Shown here: piece by piece, positions 18,684-26,788 of the stretch
Layout of the letters: every line of letters begins with the position of its first letter
How positions within the stretch are numbered: position 1 is the stretch's first letter
Assembly: GCA_965219845.1 (NCBI GenBank)
Contig: CBDCOP010000006.1
Coordinates: 496,005-560,004 of the forward strand
From: Dehalococcoidia bacterium
GTDB taxonomy: Bacteria; Chloroflexota; Dehalococcoidia; Lucifugimonadales; Australimonadaceae
Reading direction: 5' to 3'
Length of the DNA: 64,000 nt
Made by a program: the position numbers and the translations under genes
The notes under the pieces: generated by a model
What the model was told of the DNA's origin: nothing
Database searches by the model: none
The model's input: the letters and a program-made list of their open reading frames with translations, nothing else

Positions 18684-19511
18684 ATGGACACGAAACCGTT
18701 GGGAAAGAGCGGCGTTGCCCTGCCGGAGATAGGGCTCGGCACCTGGGAGTTCAGCGGCGACGCCTCCGTCATCCACCGCGCCATCGAGCTCGGCTCGTTC
18801 CTGCTCGACACCGCCGAGTCCTACGGTACCGAAGAGCGTGTCGGCAGGGCGATCGCAGGTCGCCGGGACGAGGTCTTCATCGCGACGAAGGTCTCGCCTT
18901 CGCACTTCCGCCACGCGGACGTGCTCGCCGCCTGCGACCGCAGCCTCAGGGCGCTGGGCGTCGAGACGATCGACCTCTACCAGTTGCACGCACCGTCAGC
19001 CGACGTCTCCATCGAGGAGACGATGGGCGCGATGGCCGACCTCGTAGCAGCGGGCAAGGTGCGCCACGTCGGCGTCAGCAACTTCTCCGTGCGGGAGATG
19101 GCGGCAGCGGAGGATGCCCTCGGCACGGACCTGGTCGTCGAGAACCAGATCAAGTACAGCCTCTTCGACCACCAGTTCGCCGAGACCGTGATCCCTTACT
19201 GCGAGGAGCGCGGCATCATGGTGCTGGCGTACAGCTCGCTGGAGCAGGGCGCGTTCCAGCGTGAGATGCGCCGCAACAAGCGGCTCGTCCAGGTCATGGA
19301 AAGCGTCTGTGCGGAGACGGGAAGGACCGCCGCGCAGGTGCTGCTGAACTGGACGCTCCGCTCGCCCGTCGTCATCACCATCCCGAAGACCAACACCCTC
19401 TCACGCGTGGACGAGAACTGCGCCGCGTCCGGCTGGCGGCTCACCGACGCCCAATGGCACGCGCTCACCGATGCCGCGGGCGCGACCCGCTCCTCCTACT
19501 GGTGGCGGTAG
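18684..19511 (+). CDS. Aldo/keto reductase
   Basis: LGKSGVALPEIGLGTW N-terminus, AKR catalytic-region pattern, 275 aa. Confidence 0.9.
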   Translation: MDTKPLGKSGVALPEIGLGTWEFSGDASVIHRAIELGSFLLDTAESYGTEERVGRAIAGRRDEVFIATKVSPSHFRHADVLAACDRSLRALGVETIDLYQLHAPSADVSIEETMGAMADLVAAGKVRHVGVSNFSVREMAAAEDALGTDLVVENQIKYSLFDHQFAETVIPYCEERGIMVLAYSSLEQGAFQREMRRNKRLVQVMESVCAETGRTAAQVLLNWTLRSPVVITIPKTNTLSRVDENCAASGWRLTDAQWHALTDAAGATRSSYWWR

Positions 19512-19512
19512 T

Positions 19513-20187
19513 GTGAGCGCAGGCGCGGTCATCGTCGCCGCCGGCGCGAGCACGCGCATGGGAAGCGCGGGCGACAAGACGCTCGCCGACGTCGGCGGCG
19601 ATCCGCTCATCGCCCGGACCGTGGACGTCTTCGAGGGCTGCGATGCCATCGCTGCCGTCGTGCTCGTCGTCTCGGAGCGCAACTTGGACGCCATCGCCGC
19701 CTTGCGAGACGCCAAGGGATGGCAGAAGACGATGCCCCCGCTGCCCGGAGGCGCGCGGCGGCAGGACAGCGTCCGCGCCGGGCTCGATGCGTTGCCGCTC
19801 GACTGCGAGTGGGTGCTCGTGCACGACGGCGCGCGCCCGTTCGTGACGCCCCGCATGATCGAGGACGGCCTCGCAGCCGCCGCCGCGACCGGCGCCGCCA
19901 TCGCCGTGGTGCCGGCATTCGACACCGTGAAGCGCGTCGGGGAGGGCGGTCGCGTCGTCGAGACCCTCGACCGCAGCGAACTCGCCATGGTGCAGACACC
20001 GCAGGTGTTCCGCCGCGACGTGCTCGAGCGCGCCCACGCCGAGGTCGCGGACGATGTGACCGACGACGCCTCGATGGTGGAGCGCATCGGCGTCGAGGTG
20101 CGCACCTTCGAGGGCGCGCGCAGCAACATCAAGGTGACGACGCCGGAGGACCTCGTGTTGGCTCAGGCGATGCATCGGCGCGATTGA
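19513..20187 (+). CDS. ispD: 2-C-methyl-D-erythritol 4-phosphate cytidylyltransferase
   Basis: VIVAAGASTRMG P-loop-like motif and the VLVHDGARPF and VQTPQVF motifs. GTG 19513 chosen; the ORF track's upstream ATG 19471 overlaps the AKR gene. Confidence 0.9.
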   Translation: MSAGAVIVAAGASTRMGSAGDKTLADVGGDPLIARTVDVFEGCDAIAAVVLVVSERNLDAIAALRDAKGWQKTMPPLPGGARRQDSVRAGLDALPLDCEWVLVHDGARPFVTPRMIEDGLAAAAATGAAIAVVPAFDTVKRVGEGGRVVETLDRSELAMVQTPQVFRRDVLERAHAEVADDVTDDASMVERIGVEVRTFEGARSNIKVTTPEDLVLAQAMHRRD

Positions 20188-20221
20188 CGCGGTCCGGAGG
20201 TCGCGAAACCGTGTCGGTGGG

Positions 20222-20566
20222 CTATCCGGTTCTTGCGTAGAGCCCGATGATTGCGCCAACGATCCCAACCAGGATGGTTGCAAGCACAGCGACACCCGTT
20301 GTCAGCACAGTCGTCAGGCTGCGGAATCGCTCGTTCATCTCTTGGCGCATGGCGTCGAACTTCGCGTCCGAGTCTGCGCGTGCGGCTCGAATCTCCCCAA
20401 GGACACTCTCGAAACGCACGTTGGTCTCGGACCGTGACGCATCGAATCCTGCCCGCGTCTCTGCGCGGTGGCCTTCCAGTGAGCGCACGACGTCCCCGAT
20501 TCGCTCGTAAGAACCTTCGAGCCTGCTTACTCGTTCCGTGATGGATGGGGTCTGCTGCGTAGTCAT
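20222..20566 (-). CDS. Tail-anchored coiled-coil protein (hypothetical)
   Basis: 114 aa. Repetitive E/R-rich helical region followed by a C-terminal TM helix (VAVLATILVGIVGAIIGLY). Confidence 0.5.
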   Translation of the reverse strand: MTTQQTPSITERVSRLEGSYERIGDVVRSLEGHRAETRAGFDASRSETNVRFESVLGEIRAARADSDAKFDAMRQEMNERFRSLTTVLTTGVAVLATILVGIVGAIIGLYARTG

Positions 20567-21029
20567 GGGGTTGCTCTCTGCAATGGTAGCATAGTGGTGT
20601 TAGCGTAGGTAGCCCCTGCGAACAGCACGATGCCCTGGTGGCCGTTGGGCATCGCCAACCTCTTCCCACCCTTGTGACACGCGCCCCTTACGCCATCGCC
20701 CCTACGTGCCCTACGATGGTTCCGGCTGCGAATCCCTGCGTCGACGCCGCTCGCCCAGCTCGTTCAGGAGTGCAGTGGCGCTTAATGGCGCACAATGGCT
20801 CACTTTTCGCGGTGGAGGATGGCCACTCGCAGACCGGCGAGTGGTCCCTCCGGCGCGGAGGACACCGTCAGAGGAGAAATGGGACCGAATGAGACCCGAA
20901 ATTCGAGGGACCATTCCTCGACAACTCCACCTTCACGAGTGCAATGCCGTGCTTATTCCGCGCCATCCGTGGCCTTTCGCACGCAGGCCCTGCTCGCCGG
21001 CGTCTACCGTCCCGTGGCGAATCATCTCT

Positions 21030-21103
21030 CAGTTCCCCTCTCCCCCTGGGAGAGGGGTCAGGGGTGAGGGTTGGCGGCGTGGGGGCGGCATGCGCGCTTC
21101 GCC
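21030..21103. repeat. Copy of the 'PLPxGEG' hairpin repeat family
   Basis: CCCCTCTCCCCctggGAGAGGGGtcaGGGGTGAGGGTTGGCGG, related to 12267-12406. Confidence 0.8.
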
Positions 21104-21145
21104 TGCTAAACTTCCTCTGCACACCCGCCGCTGGAGGATGAGGAG

Positions 21146-21634
21146 ATGACCACGCGGTTTGGCATAGGCTACGACGCTCACGTCCTGGAGGAGGGCGTAC
21201 CGCTCACTCTGGGCGGTGTCCGTATCCCGTCGGAGCGCGGGCTCTCCGGCCACAGCGACGGCGACGTCGCCGCGCACGCCATCATCGACGCCCTCCTCGG
21301 CGCGGCTGCTCTCGGCGACATCGGCACGCACTTCAAGGAGGACGACCCCTCTGTTCCGCACGGCGTCACCAGCACGTCGCTCCTGAAACGCACCACCGCC
21401 ATGCTGCGCAGGTCCGGATGGAAGGTGGTCAACGTCGATGCTACAATCGTTCTCCAGCGCCCCCGGATCGCCGAGTACACCCCGGCCATGCGGTGGGCCA
21501 TCGCCGCCTCACTCGGCGTCGAACTCTCTGCCGTGAGCATCAAGGCCACCACGGAAGATGGCCTCGGGTACACCGGCTCGGAATCGGGCGCGGCGGCCAT
21601 GGCCGTGGCATCCATCACTGACGGCAATCCATGA
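21146..21634 (+). CDS. ispF: 2-C-methyl-D-erythritol 2,4-cyclodiphosphate synthase
   Basis: IGYDAHVL...GHSDGDVAAHAIIDALLGA signature; 162 aa. Confidence 0.95.
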   Translation: MTTRFGIGYDAHVLEEGVPLTLGGVRIPSERGLSGHSDGDVAAHAIIDALLGAAALGDIGTHFKEDDPSVPHGVTSTSLLKRTTAMLRRSGWKVVNVDATIVLQRPRIAEYTPAMRWAIAASLGVELSAVSIKATTEDGLGYTGSESGAAAMAVASITDGNP

Positions 21635-24228
21635 AACTCTCCGACACCCTCACCGGCGAGAAGCGCGACTTCCATCCATCTGGCGATGAGGTGCGTATCT
21701 ACGTCTGCGGCGTTACCCCGTATTCCTCCGCGCACGTCGGCCACGCGATGAGCTACATCGTCTTCGACGTGCTCCACCGCTACCTAGAGTTCCGTGGCTT
21801 CAAGGTGCGCCGCGTCCAGAACTTCACCGACATAGACGACAAGCTCATCGACCGCGCCGCCCAGGAGAACACGACCGTCGAGGCGCTCGCCGAGCGCCAC
21901 ATCGCCGAGTACTTCGCGAACATGGCCGCCCTCAACATCCGCGAGGCCGACGAGTATCCCCGCGCCACCCAGGAAGTGCCCAAGATCGTCGAGGTCATCT
22001 CCGGCCTCATCGACTCCCGCCATGCCTACGAGTCCAACGGCGACGTCTACTTCCGCGTCCGCAGCGACGACCAGTACGGCAAGCTCAGCCACCGCTCCCT
22101 GGACGCGATGCGGGCGGGAGCGCGCATCGAGCCGGGTGTGCAGAAGGAGCACCCCATGGACTTCGCGCTCTGGAAGTCCGCCAAGCCCGGCGAGCCGTCG
22201 TGGGAGAGCCCGTGGGGCGGCGGACGCCCCGGCTGGCACATCGAGTGCTCCGCGATGGCCCTCCGCTATCTCGGCGAAAGCATCGACATCCACGGCGGCG
22301 GGCAGGACCTCGTCTTCCCCCACCACGAGAACGAGATCGCCCAGAGCGAGGCGTTCACTGGCATACGCCCATTCGCGCGCTTCTGGCTCCACAACGGCCT
22401 GCTGAACCTGGACGCGCAGAAGATGAGCAAGTCGCTCGGCAATCTTGTCACTATCGACGAAGCACTAGAAGAGTACTCAGCAGACGCCATCCGTCTCTCC
22501 GTGCTCAACGCGCACTACCGTAGTCCCGGCTACTACTCGGACGAGGCGCTCGCCGGTTCGGAACGCGCCGCCGAGCGGCTCCGCGAGGCGGCATCGGCGG
22601 AGCCGAACGCGGGCGCGGGCGATGCGCTCGATGCCTCGGAGACGCAGGCGCGTTTCATTGAGGCGATGGACGATGACCTCAACAGTCCTCAGGCGGTCGC
22701 CACGCTATTCGACCTGGCGCGCGAGATCAACCGGGGTTCGACCGGGGGGCAGGACGTTGCGTCTGCACAGGAGACGCTTCGGGAACTGACCGGCGTGCTT
22801 GGCCTGACACTGGAGGAGCGCAAGGATACAGTCGACGCGGGTCTTGCCGCTCGCATCGAGCGCCTTGAAAATCGGCGAGCAGCCCTGCGTTCCGCTCGTG
22901 ACTTCGAAGGAGCAGACGCTATCCGCACCGAACTTATGGCACTCGGTGTTGAGTTGTCAGATACTCAATCTGCGCGTAACCAAAATGGAGATAATGGTTA
23001 TGAGGATTGGGGTGATGATACCTATGGGAGAAATAGACTGTACTTCGGCGATAACCTAAAGATCTTACGTGAAAGAATTCAAGACGATAGCGTAGACCTC
23101 ATCTATGTTGATCCACCCCAGCTGCTTTCAAATCACAGCTGGCCATCGTTGGATCTCACGGATACTATGCTTGCTAGAAGTACGAGGGTGTTTAACGATA
23201 TCTTGCACTGGGATAGCGAAGAGCCATTTGCTCGCCAAGATATTGCTCGTTTTATTGAAGCGATGAAGGTAGTTCACAACCTGCGCGATGTTCACTATCT
23301 GACTGGCACAGCAAAGAGGATCATTGAATTACATCGTGTCCTCCGTCCTAAGGGCAGCATATATCTCCACTGCAACTCTGATGCAAGTCATTATTTTAGA
23401 TTGCTGATGGATGTCGTGTTCGGCAAAGATAACTTTCGATCAGAAATTATATGGAATAATGCTCATTCTAGTGCACGATTGCAAGAGAAACGATACAGCG
23501 CCGCCCACGACGTAATCTTCTTCTATACTAAAGGTAGAGAATGGACTTGGAACCCTGTCTATACATATTACTATAGACTGTATGGCAAGAAGAGATATCC
23601 GAATGGCGAATTCGATGAAAAATCAAACAAGACTCGTCATTATAGGACTACTAGTTTGATGCGACCAAAAGGAATGAGTGGTTATTCATATTCATGGGAT
23701 GTGAAGCGTCCGATGGATGGAGAATGGACTGCTGACCTTGGCGGAGGCATCGAGAATCCTATATCTGGTTGGGAATACAAGAGAATTGTCTTAGACAAGC
23801 ACCATTGGAGAGTTTCTTATGAAGACATGGTGAAATTTACTCACGACAATAGACTCGCTTATTCTGAAGACGGAATCCCAACGTACAAAACCTATCTGGA
23901 AGAGATGCCGGGTGTTCCTCTACGGGATGTGTGGACTGATATCCCTGCACTAGGCATTCACTCGCGAGAAGGCGCTGGTTATCCCACACAAAAACCCGCG
24001 GCTTTACTTGAACGTATTATCACGGTGTCGAGCAACAAAGGAGACGTAGTGCTTGATCCTTTCTGCGGGAGTGGCACGACGATTGTTGCTTCGGAGCATC
24101 TTGGTCGCAAATGGATTGGTATGGAGGCCTCACATTTTGCGATGACGATGATTGGTAATCGCTTGGTGAAGACTTTCGAAGAGCCGGTTCCCTATGATGT
24201 AGTAAATGAAAATGGCATACGGTCGTAA
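21631..24228 (+). CDS. cysS: Cysteine--tRNA ligase continuing in-frame into a beta-class N6/N4 DNA methyltransferase module (865-aa ORF as given)
   Basis: The N-terminal ~450 aa are CysRS (YVCGVTPYSSAHVGHA, KMSKSLGN). From about 22985 the ORF encodes an MTase: RLYFGDNLKIL, motif IV DPPQ, motif I VLDPFCGSGTT. Confidence 0.8.
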   Translation: MKLSDTLTGEKRDFHPSGDEVRIYVCGVTPYSSAHVGHAMSYIVFDVLHRYLEFRGFKVRRVQNFTDIDDKLIDRAAQENTTVEALAERHIAEYFANMAALNIREADEYPRATQEVPKIVEVISGLIDSRHAYESNGDVYFRVRSDDQYGKLSHRSLDAMRAGARIEPGVQKEHPMDFALWKSAKPGEPSWESPWGGGRPGWHIECSAMALRYLGESIDIHGGGQDLVFPHHENEIAQSEAFTGIRPFARFWLHNGLLNLDAQKMSKSLGNLVTIDEALEEYSADAIRLSVLNAHYRSPGYYSDEALAGSERAAERLREAASAEPNAGAGDALDASETQARFIEAMDDDLNSPQAVATLFDLAREINRGSTGGQDVASAQETLRELTGVLGLTLEERKDTVDAGLAARIERLENRRAALRSARDFEGADAIRTELMALGVELSDTQSARNQNGDNGYEDWGDDTYGRNRLYFGDNLKILRERIQDDSVDLIYVDPPQLLSNHSWPSLDLTDTMLARSTRVFNDILHWDSEEPFARQDIARFIEAMKVVHNLRDVHYLTGTAKRIIELHRVLRPKGSIYLHCNSDASHYFRLLMDVVFGKDNFRSEIIWNNAHSSARLQEKRYSAAHDVIFFYTKGREWTWNPVYTYYYRLYGKKRYPNGEFDEKSNKTRHYRTTSLMRPKGMSGYSYSWDVKRPMDGEWTADLGGGIENPISGWEYKRIVLDKHHWRVSYEDMVKFTHDNRLAYSEDGIPTYKTYLEEMPGVPLRDVWTDIPALGIHSREGAGYPTQKPAALLERIITVSSNKGDVVLDPFCGSGTTIVASEHLGRKWIGMEASHFAMTMIGNRLVKTFEEPVPYDVVNENGIRS
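22985..24228 (+). other. AT-rich, presumably horizontally acquired orphan DNA methyltransferase module
   Basis: Sharp composition break: 23401-23460 has 21/60 G+C against 50/60 in 22561-22620. N6_N4_Mtase motif order is IV then I. No adjacent restriction enzyme gene. Confidence 0.8.
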
Positions 24229-25711
24229 TGCTCATTCCGTGTGCTCCTTGACCATTGCCCTCCGCGACTCCCTCGCCGCCATCGTCGGCCCGGAGCACGT
24301 CCTGACCGACGACGAGTCGCGCGAGCGGCTGTCGTTCGACGCCGTGATGGCGCACCGGCTCGGCGGACGCTCCGAGCTGGCAGCGGCGCGCGTGGACGCG
24401 GTGGCGCGTCCGGCTGACACGGCGGAGGTCGCTGCGGTGGTGTCGCTCGCGTCGGAGCGCGGCATTCCGGTCGTGCCCTACGGCGGCGGCACCGGCGTCA
24501 TGGGAGCGGTCGTGCCGGTGCGCGGTGGCATCGCGCTCGACCTGCGGCGCATGGACCGCATCGTCGAAGTGGGCCGCGAGGACAGGACCGCCCGCGTACA
24601 GCCCGGCGTCTACCTCGCCGACCTCGACGCGGCTGCCCGCGACTACGGCATGATGCTGGGGCACGACCCGTGGAGCGTGCCCATAGCCACGGTGGGAGGC
24701 GCGATCTCGACCGACAGCGTCGGCTACCGCGCCAGCTGGTACGGCTCCATGGGGCAGCAGGTGCGGGCTCTGGAAGTGGTGCTGGGGAGCGGCGAGGTCG
24801 TGCGGACCCGTCCCATCCAGCGGCAGAGCAGCGGCCCGATGCTGAAGGGGCTGTTTGCCGGCGCCGAGGGCACGATGGGCGTCATCACCGAGGCTACGAT
24901 TGACCTGCGCGCCCTGCCGGAAGCGCGCGAGTTCGCGTCGGTGGGGTTCGACACGTTCGAGCATGGCTATCCCGTCGTTGCCCGGTTGTTCGACATCGGC
25001 CTCGTTCCCGCGCTGATAGACCTCACCGAGGAGCCGGGGACTCCGGAGAACGCCGCGCCCTGCATCCTCTACCTTGGCTTCGAGGGCTACCGCGAGCAGG
25101 TGGAAGCGCAGCGCACCCGCGCGATGGCAGAGGCGCTGGCAGCGGGCGGCCGCGACCTTGGCCCCGGCCCGACCCGCGAGTACTGGGAGACGCGGCACGC
25201 GGTCGCGGAGCGCTGGCGCGACCGTACCCGCCCACTGCGCCCGACCGAGCGTTGGAAGGAGCAGCGGTGGCGCTACGCCGACTACCTGCACATCGCGATG
25301 CCTGTCTCGAAGGTTCTCGCATATAAGCGTTTCTGCGAAGAGGTCGCCGCCCGCCATGGTCTGGACGTGCGCGAGTCCGCCGTCTGGACGCACCCGGAGC
25401 TCTTCTCCGTGTTCGTGCGCGCGCCTCATGAATCCTCCCTTCCAGTTGGAAACGGCCGCGATGTTCCCTCTCTCCCCCTGGGAGATGGCAGGGGTGAGGG
25501 TGAACGAGCCTCGGCGTTGCGGCAGGCGGTCGACGCCATGCTGGAGGAGGCGCTGCGCCTCGGCGGAGGCGTCGAGTACTGCCACGGCCTCGGTGTGAAG
25601 CTCGACGGTTGGGCGGAGCGGGAGTGGGGCGACGCGCTCCTGCTCGCGCGGCGGCTGAAGCGTGCGGTCGACCCCAACGGCATCCTGAACCCGGAGAAGC
25701 TGGGGCTGTGA
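24206..25711 (+). CDS. FAD-linked oxidase (GlcD/FAD_binding_4 family)
   Basis: FAD-binding PCMH-type N-terminal region (VVPYGGGTGVMG) and C-terminal HGLGVK...DPNGILNP. Start uncertain (24206-24240). Confidence 0.85.
   Translation: MKMAYGRNAHSVCSLTIALRDSLAAIVGPEHVLTDDESRERLSFDAVMAHRLGGRSELAAARVDAVARPADTAEVAAVVSLASERGIPVVPYGGGTGVMGAVVPVRGGIALDLRRMDRIVEVGREDRTARVQPGVYLADLDAAARDYGMMLGHDPWSVPIATVGGAISTDSVGYRASWYGSMGQQVRALEVVLGSGEVVRTRPIQRQSSGPMLKGLFAGAEGTMGVITEATIDLRALPEAREFASVGFDTFEHGYPVVARLFDIGLVPALIDLTEEPGTPENAAPCILYLGFEGYREQVEAQRTRAMAEALAAGGRDLGPGPTREYWETRHAVAERWRDRTRPLRPTERWKEQRWRYADYLHIAMPVSKVLAYKRFCEEVAARHGLDVRESAVWTHPELFSVFVRAPHESSLPVGNGRDVPSLPLGDGRGEGERASALRQAVDAMLEEALRLGGGVEYCHGLGVKLDGWAEREWGDALLLARRLKRAVDPNGILNPEKLGL
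25461..25510. repeat. 'PLPxGEG' repeat copy embedded in-frame in the FAD-oxidase CDS
   Basis: TTCCCTCTCTCCCCCTGGGAGATGGCAGGGGTGAGGGTG translates to VPSLPLGDGRGEGE within the ORF. Confidence 0.7.
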
Positions 25712-26568
25712 GCCTCTCGCTCGTCGTGGTCGCGGGCGCGACCGGCGCCATCGGCGCGGAAGTCGTGCGCGAGTTGCAGTCGCGAGGGTCGCGTGTGCGG
25801 GCACTGGTCCGCGAGCCCGCACGACTGACGACTGAACCGGAAGAGATATTCGTAGGCAACCTCCTGAATCCTCGAACGTTGGAGGGGCTGTGTGCCGGGG
25901 CGGATGCCGTCGTCTCCTGCGCCGGCGCGAAGCTCGCATCTGGCGTCTTCACCTACAGGTCCGAGACGTTCCACGCAGTGGACGACACCGGGAACCGCAG
26001 CCTGCTGGCTGAGGCGGAGGAGGCGGGTGTGCGGCGGTTCGGGTACGTCTCCATATACGGTGGGCGCTTCCTCGGCGTGATGGAGTACATCCGGGCGCAT
26101 GAATCGTTCGCGGCTGCCCTGCGGGTGTCCGCCGTCGACCATCTGATCGTGCGCCCCACCGTCACGTTCGCGCGGTTCGTCCCGCTGGTGGAGCGCGCGC
26201 GGAAGCACGGAATGCTGTCGATGGTGGGAACAGGGCAGGCAGAGACGAACCCCGTCCACGAGGCGGACGTTGCGAAAGCGCTCGTGGACGGTCTGGAGGG
26301 CCGCGAGCATGAGGTGGATGTCGGCGGCCCGGAGGTCCTGACTTGGGAGGAGATAGCCGGGAGTGCTGCGGCTGCTGCGGGGGACGTGCCGGTGCGCTTC
26401 TCCTACGTCTGGCGGGCGCAACTGCGCGCGTCGCTGCGCCGGTTCACGGGGCGCCACGGGTACCACTCGGCGCTCTACCGCATCGCGGAAGCGGAGGTCG
26501 ACATGGTCGCCCCTGTCGTCGGCGAGCAGAGGCTGGAGGACTACTTCGCCTCGCTGTCGCCTAGGTGA
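25708..26568 (+). CDS. NAD(P)-binding atypical SDR / NmrA-like oxidoreductase
   Basis: GTG 25708 overlaps the upstream stop. Rossmann motif VVAGATGAIGAEV. Confidence 0.75.
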   Translation: MSLSLVVVAGATGAIGAEVVRELQSRGSRVRALVREPARLTTEPEEIFVGNLLNPRTLEGLCAGADAVVSCAGAKLASGVFTYRSETFHAVDDTGNRSLLAEAEEAGVRRFGYVSIYGGRFLGVMEYIRAHESFAAALRVSAVDHLIVRPTVTFARFVPLVERARKHGMLSMVGTGQAETNPVHEADVAKALVDGLEGREHEVDVGGPEVLTWEEIAGSAAAAAGDVPVRFSYVWRAQLRASLRRFTGRHGYHSALYRIAEAEVDMVAPVVGEQRLEDYFASLSPR

Positions 26569-26779
26569 TGGTCAGGTTGAGGAGCGCCAGTATCACGAAG
26601 AGGACGCCCAGGCCGATGGTGAACTGGAAGAGCGTGCGCTCCACCCCGCGCCGCGTGCGGTAGGACTGGATCGAACCTGCGCCGAAGAGGCCGCCGCCCG
26701 CCCCGCGCACCTGCATGAGGATGCTCGCCACGAGCAGGACGACCACGATGATGACTGCGAAACTGATGTATGTACCCAA
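26561..26779 (-). CDS. secG: Preprotein translocase subunit SecG
   Basis: 72 aa, two TM helices, central G-rich loop (RGAGGGLFGAG). Confidence 0.8.
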   Translation of the reverse strand: MGTYISFAVIIVVVLLVASILMQVRGAGGGLFGAGSIQSYRTRRGVERTLFQFTIGLGVLFVILALLNLTIT

Positions 26780-26788
26780 GTGCTCCCC

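Noticed and set aside
20706-21149. A 147-aa ORF filling the ispD-ispF gap.
   Set aside because: It has Arg/Pro-rich composition, spans the repeat element and shows no motif. It is more likely non-coding.
22985-25711. A complete restriction-modification or other defence system around the AT-rich methyltransferase.
   Set aside because: The AT-rich segment ends within a few nucleotides of the MTase stop. The next gene is a host-composition FAD oxidase, and no nuclease, helicase or specificity gene is present on either side.
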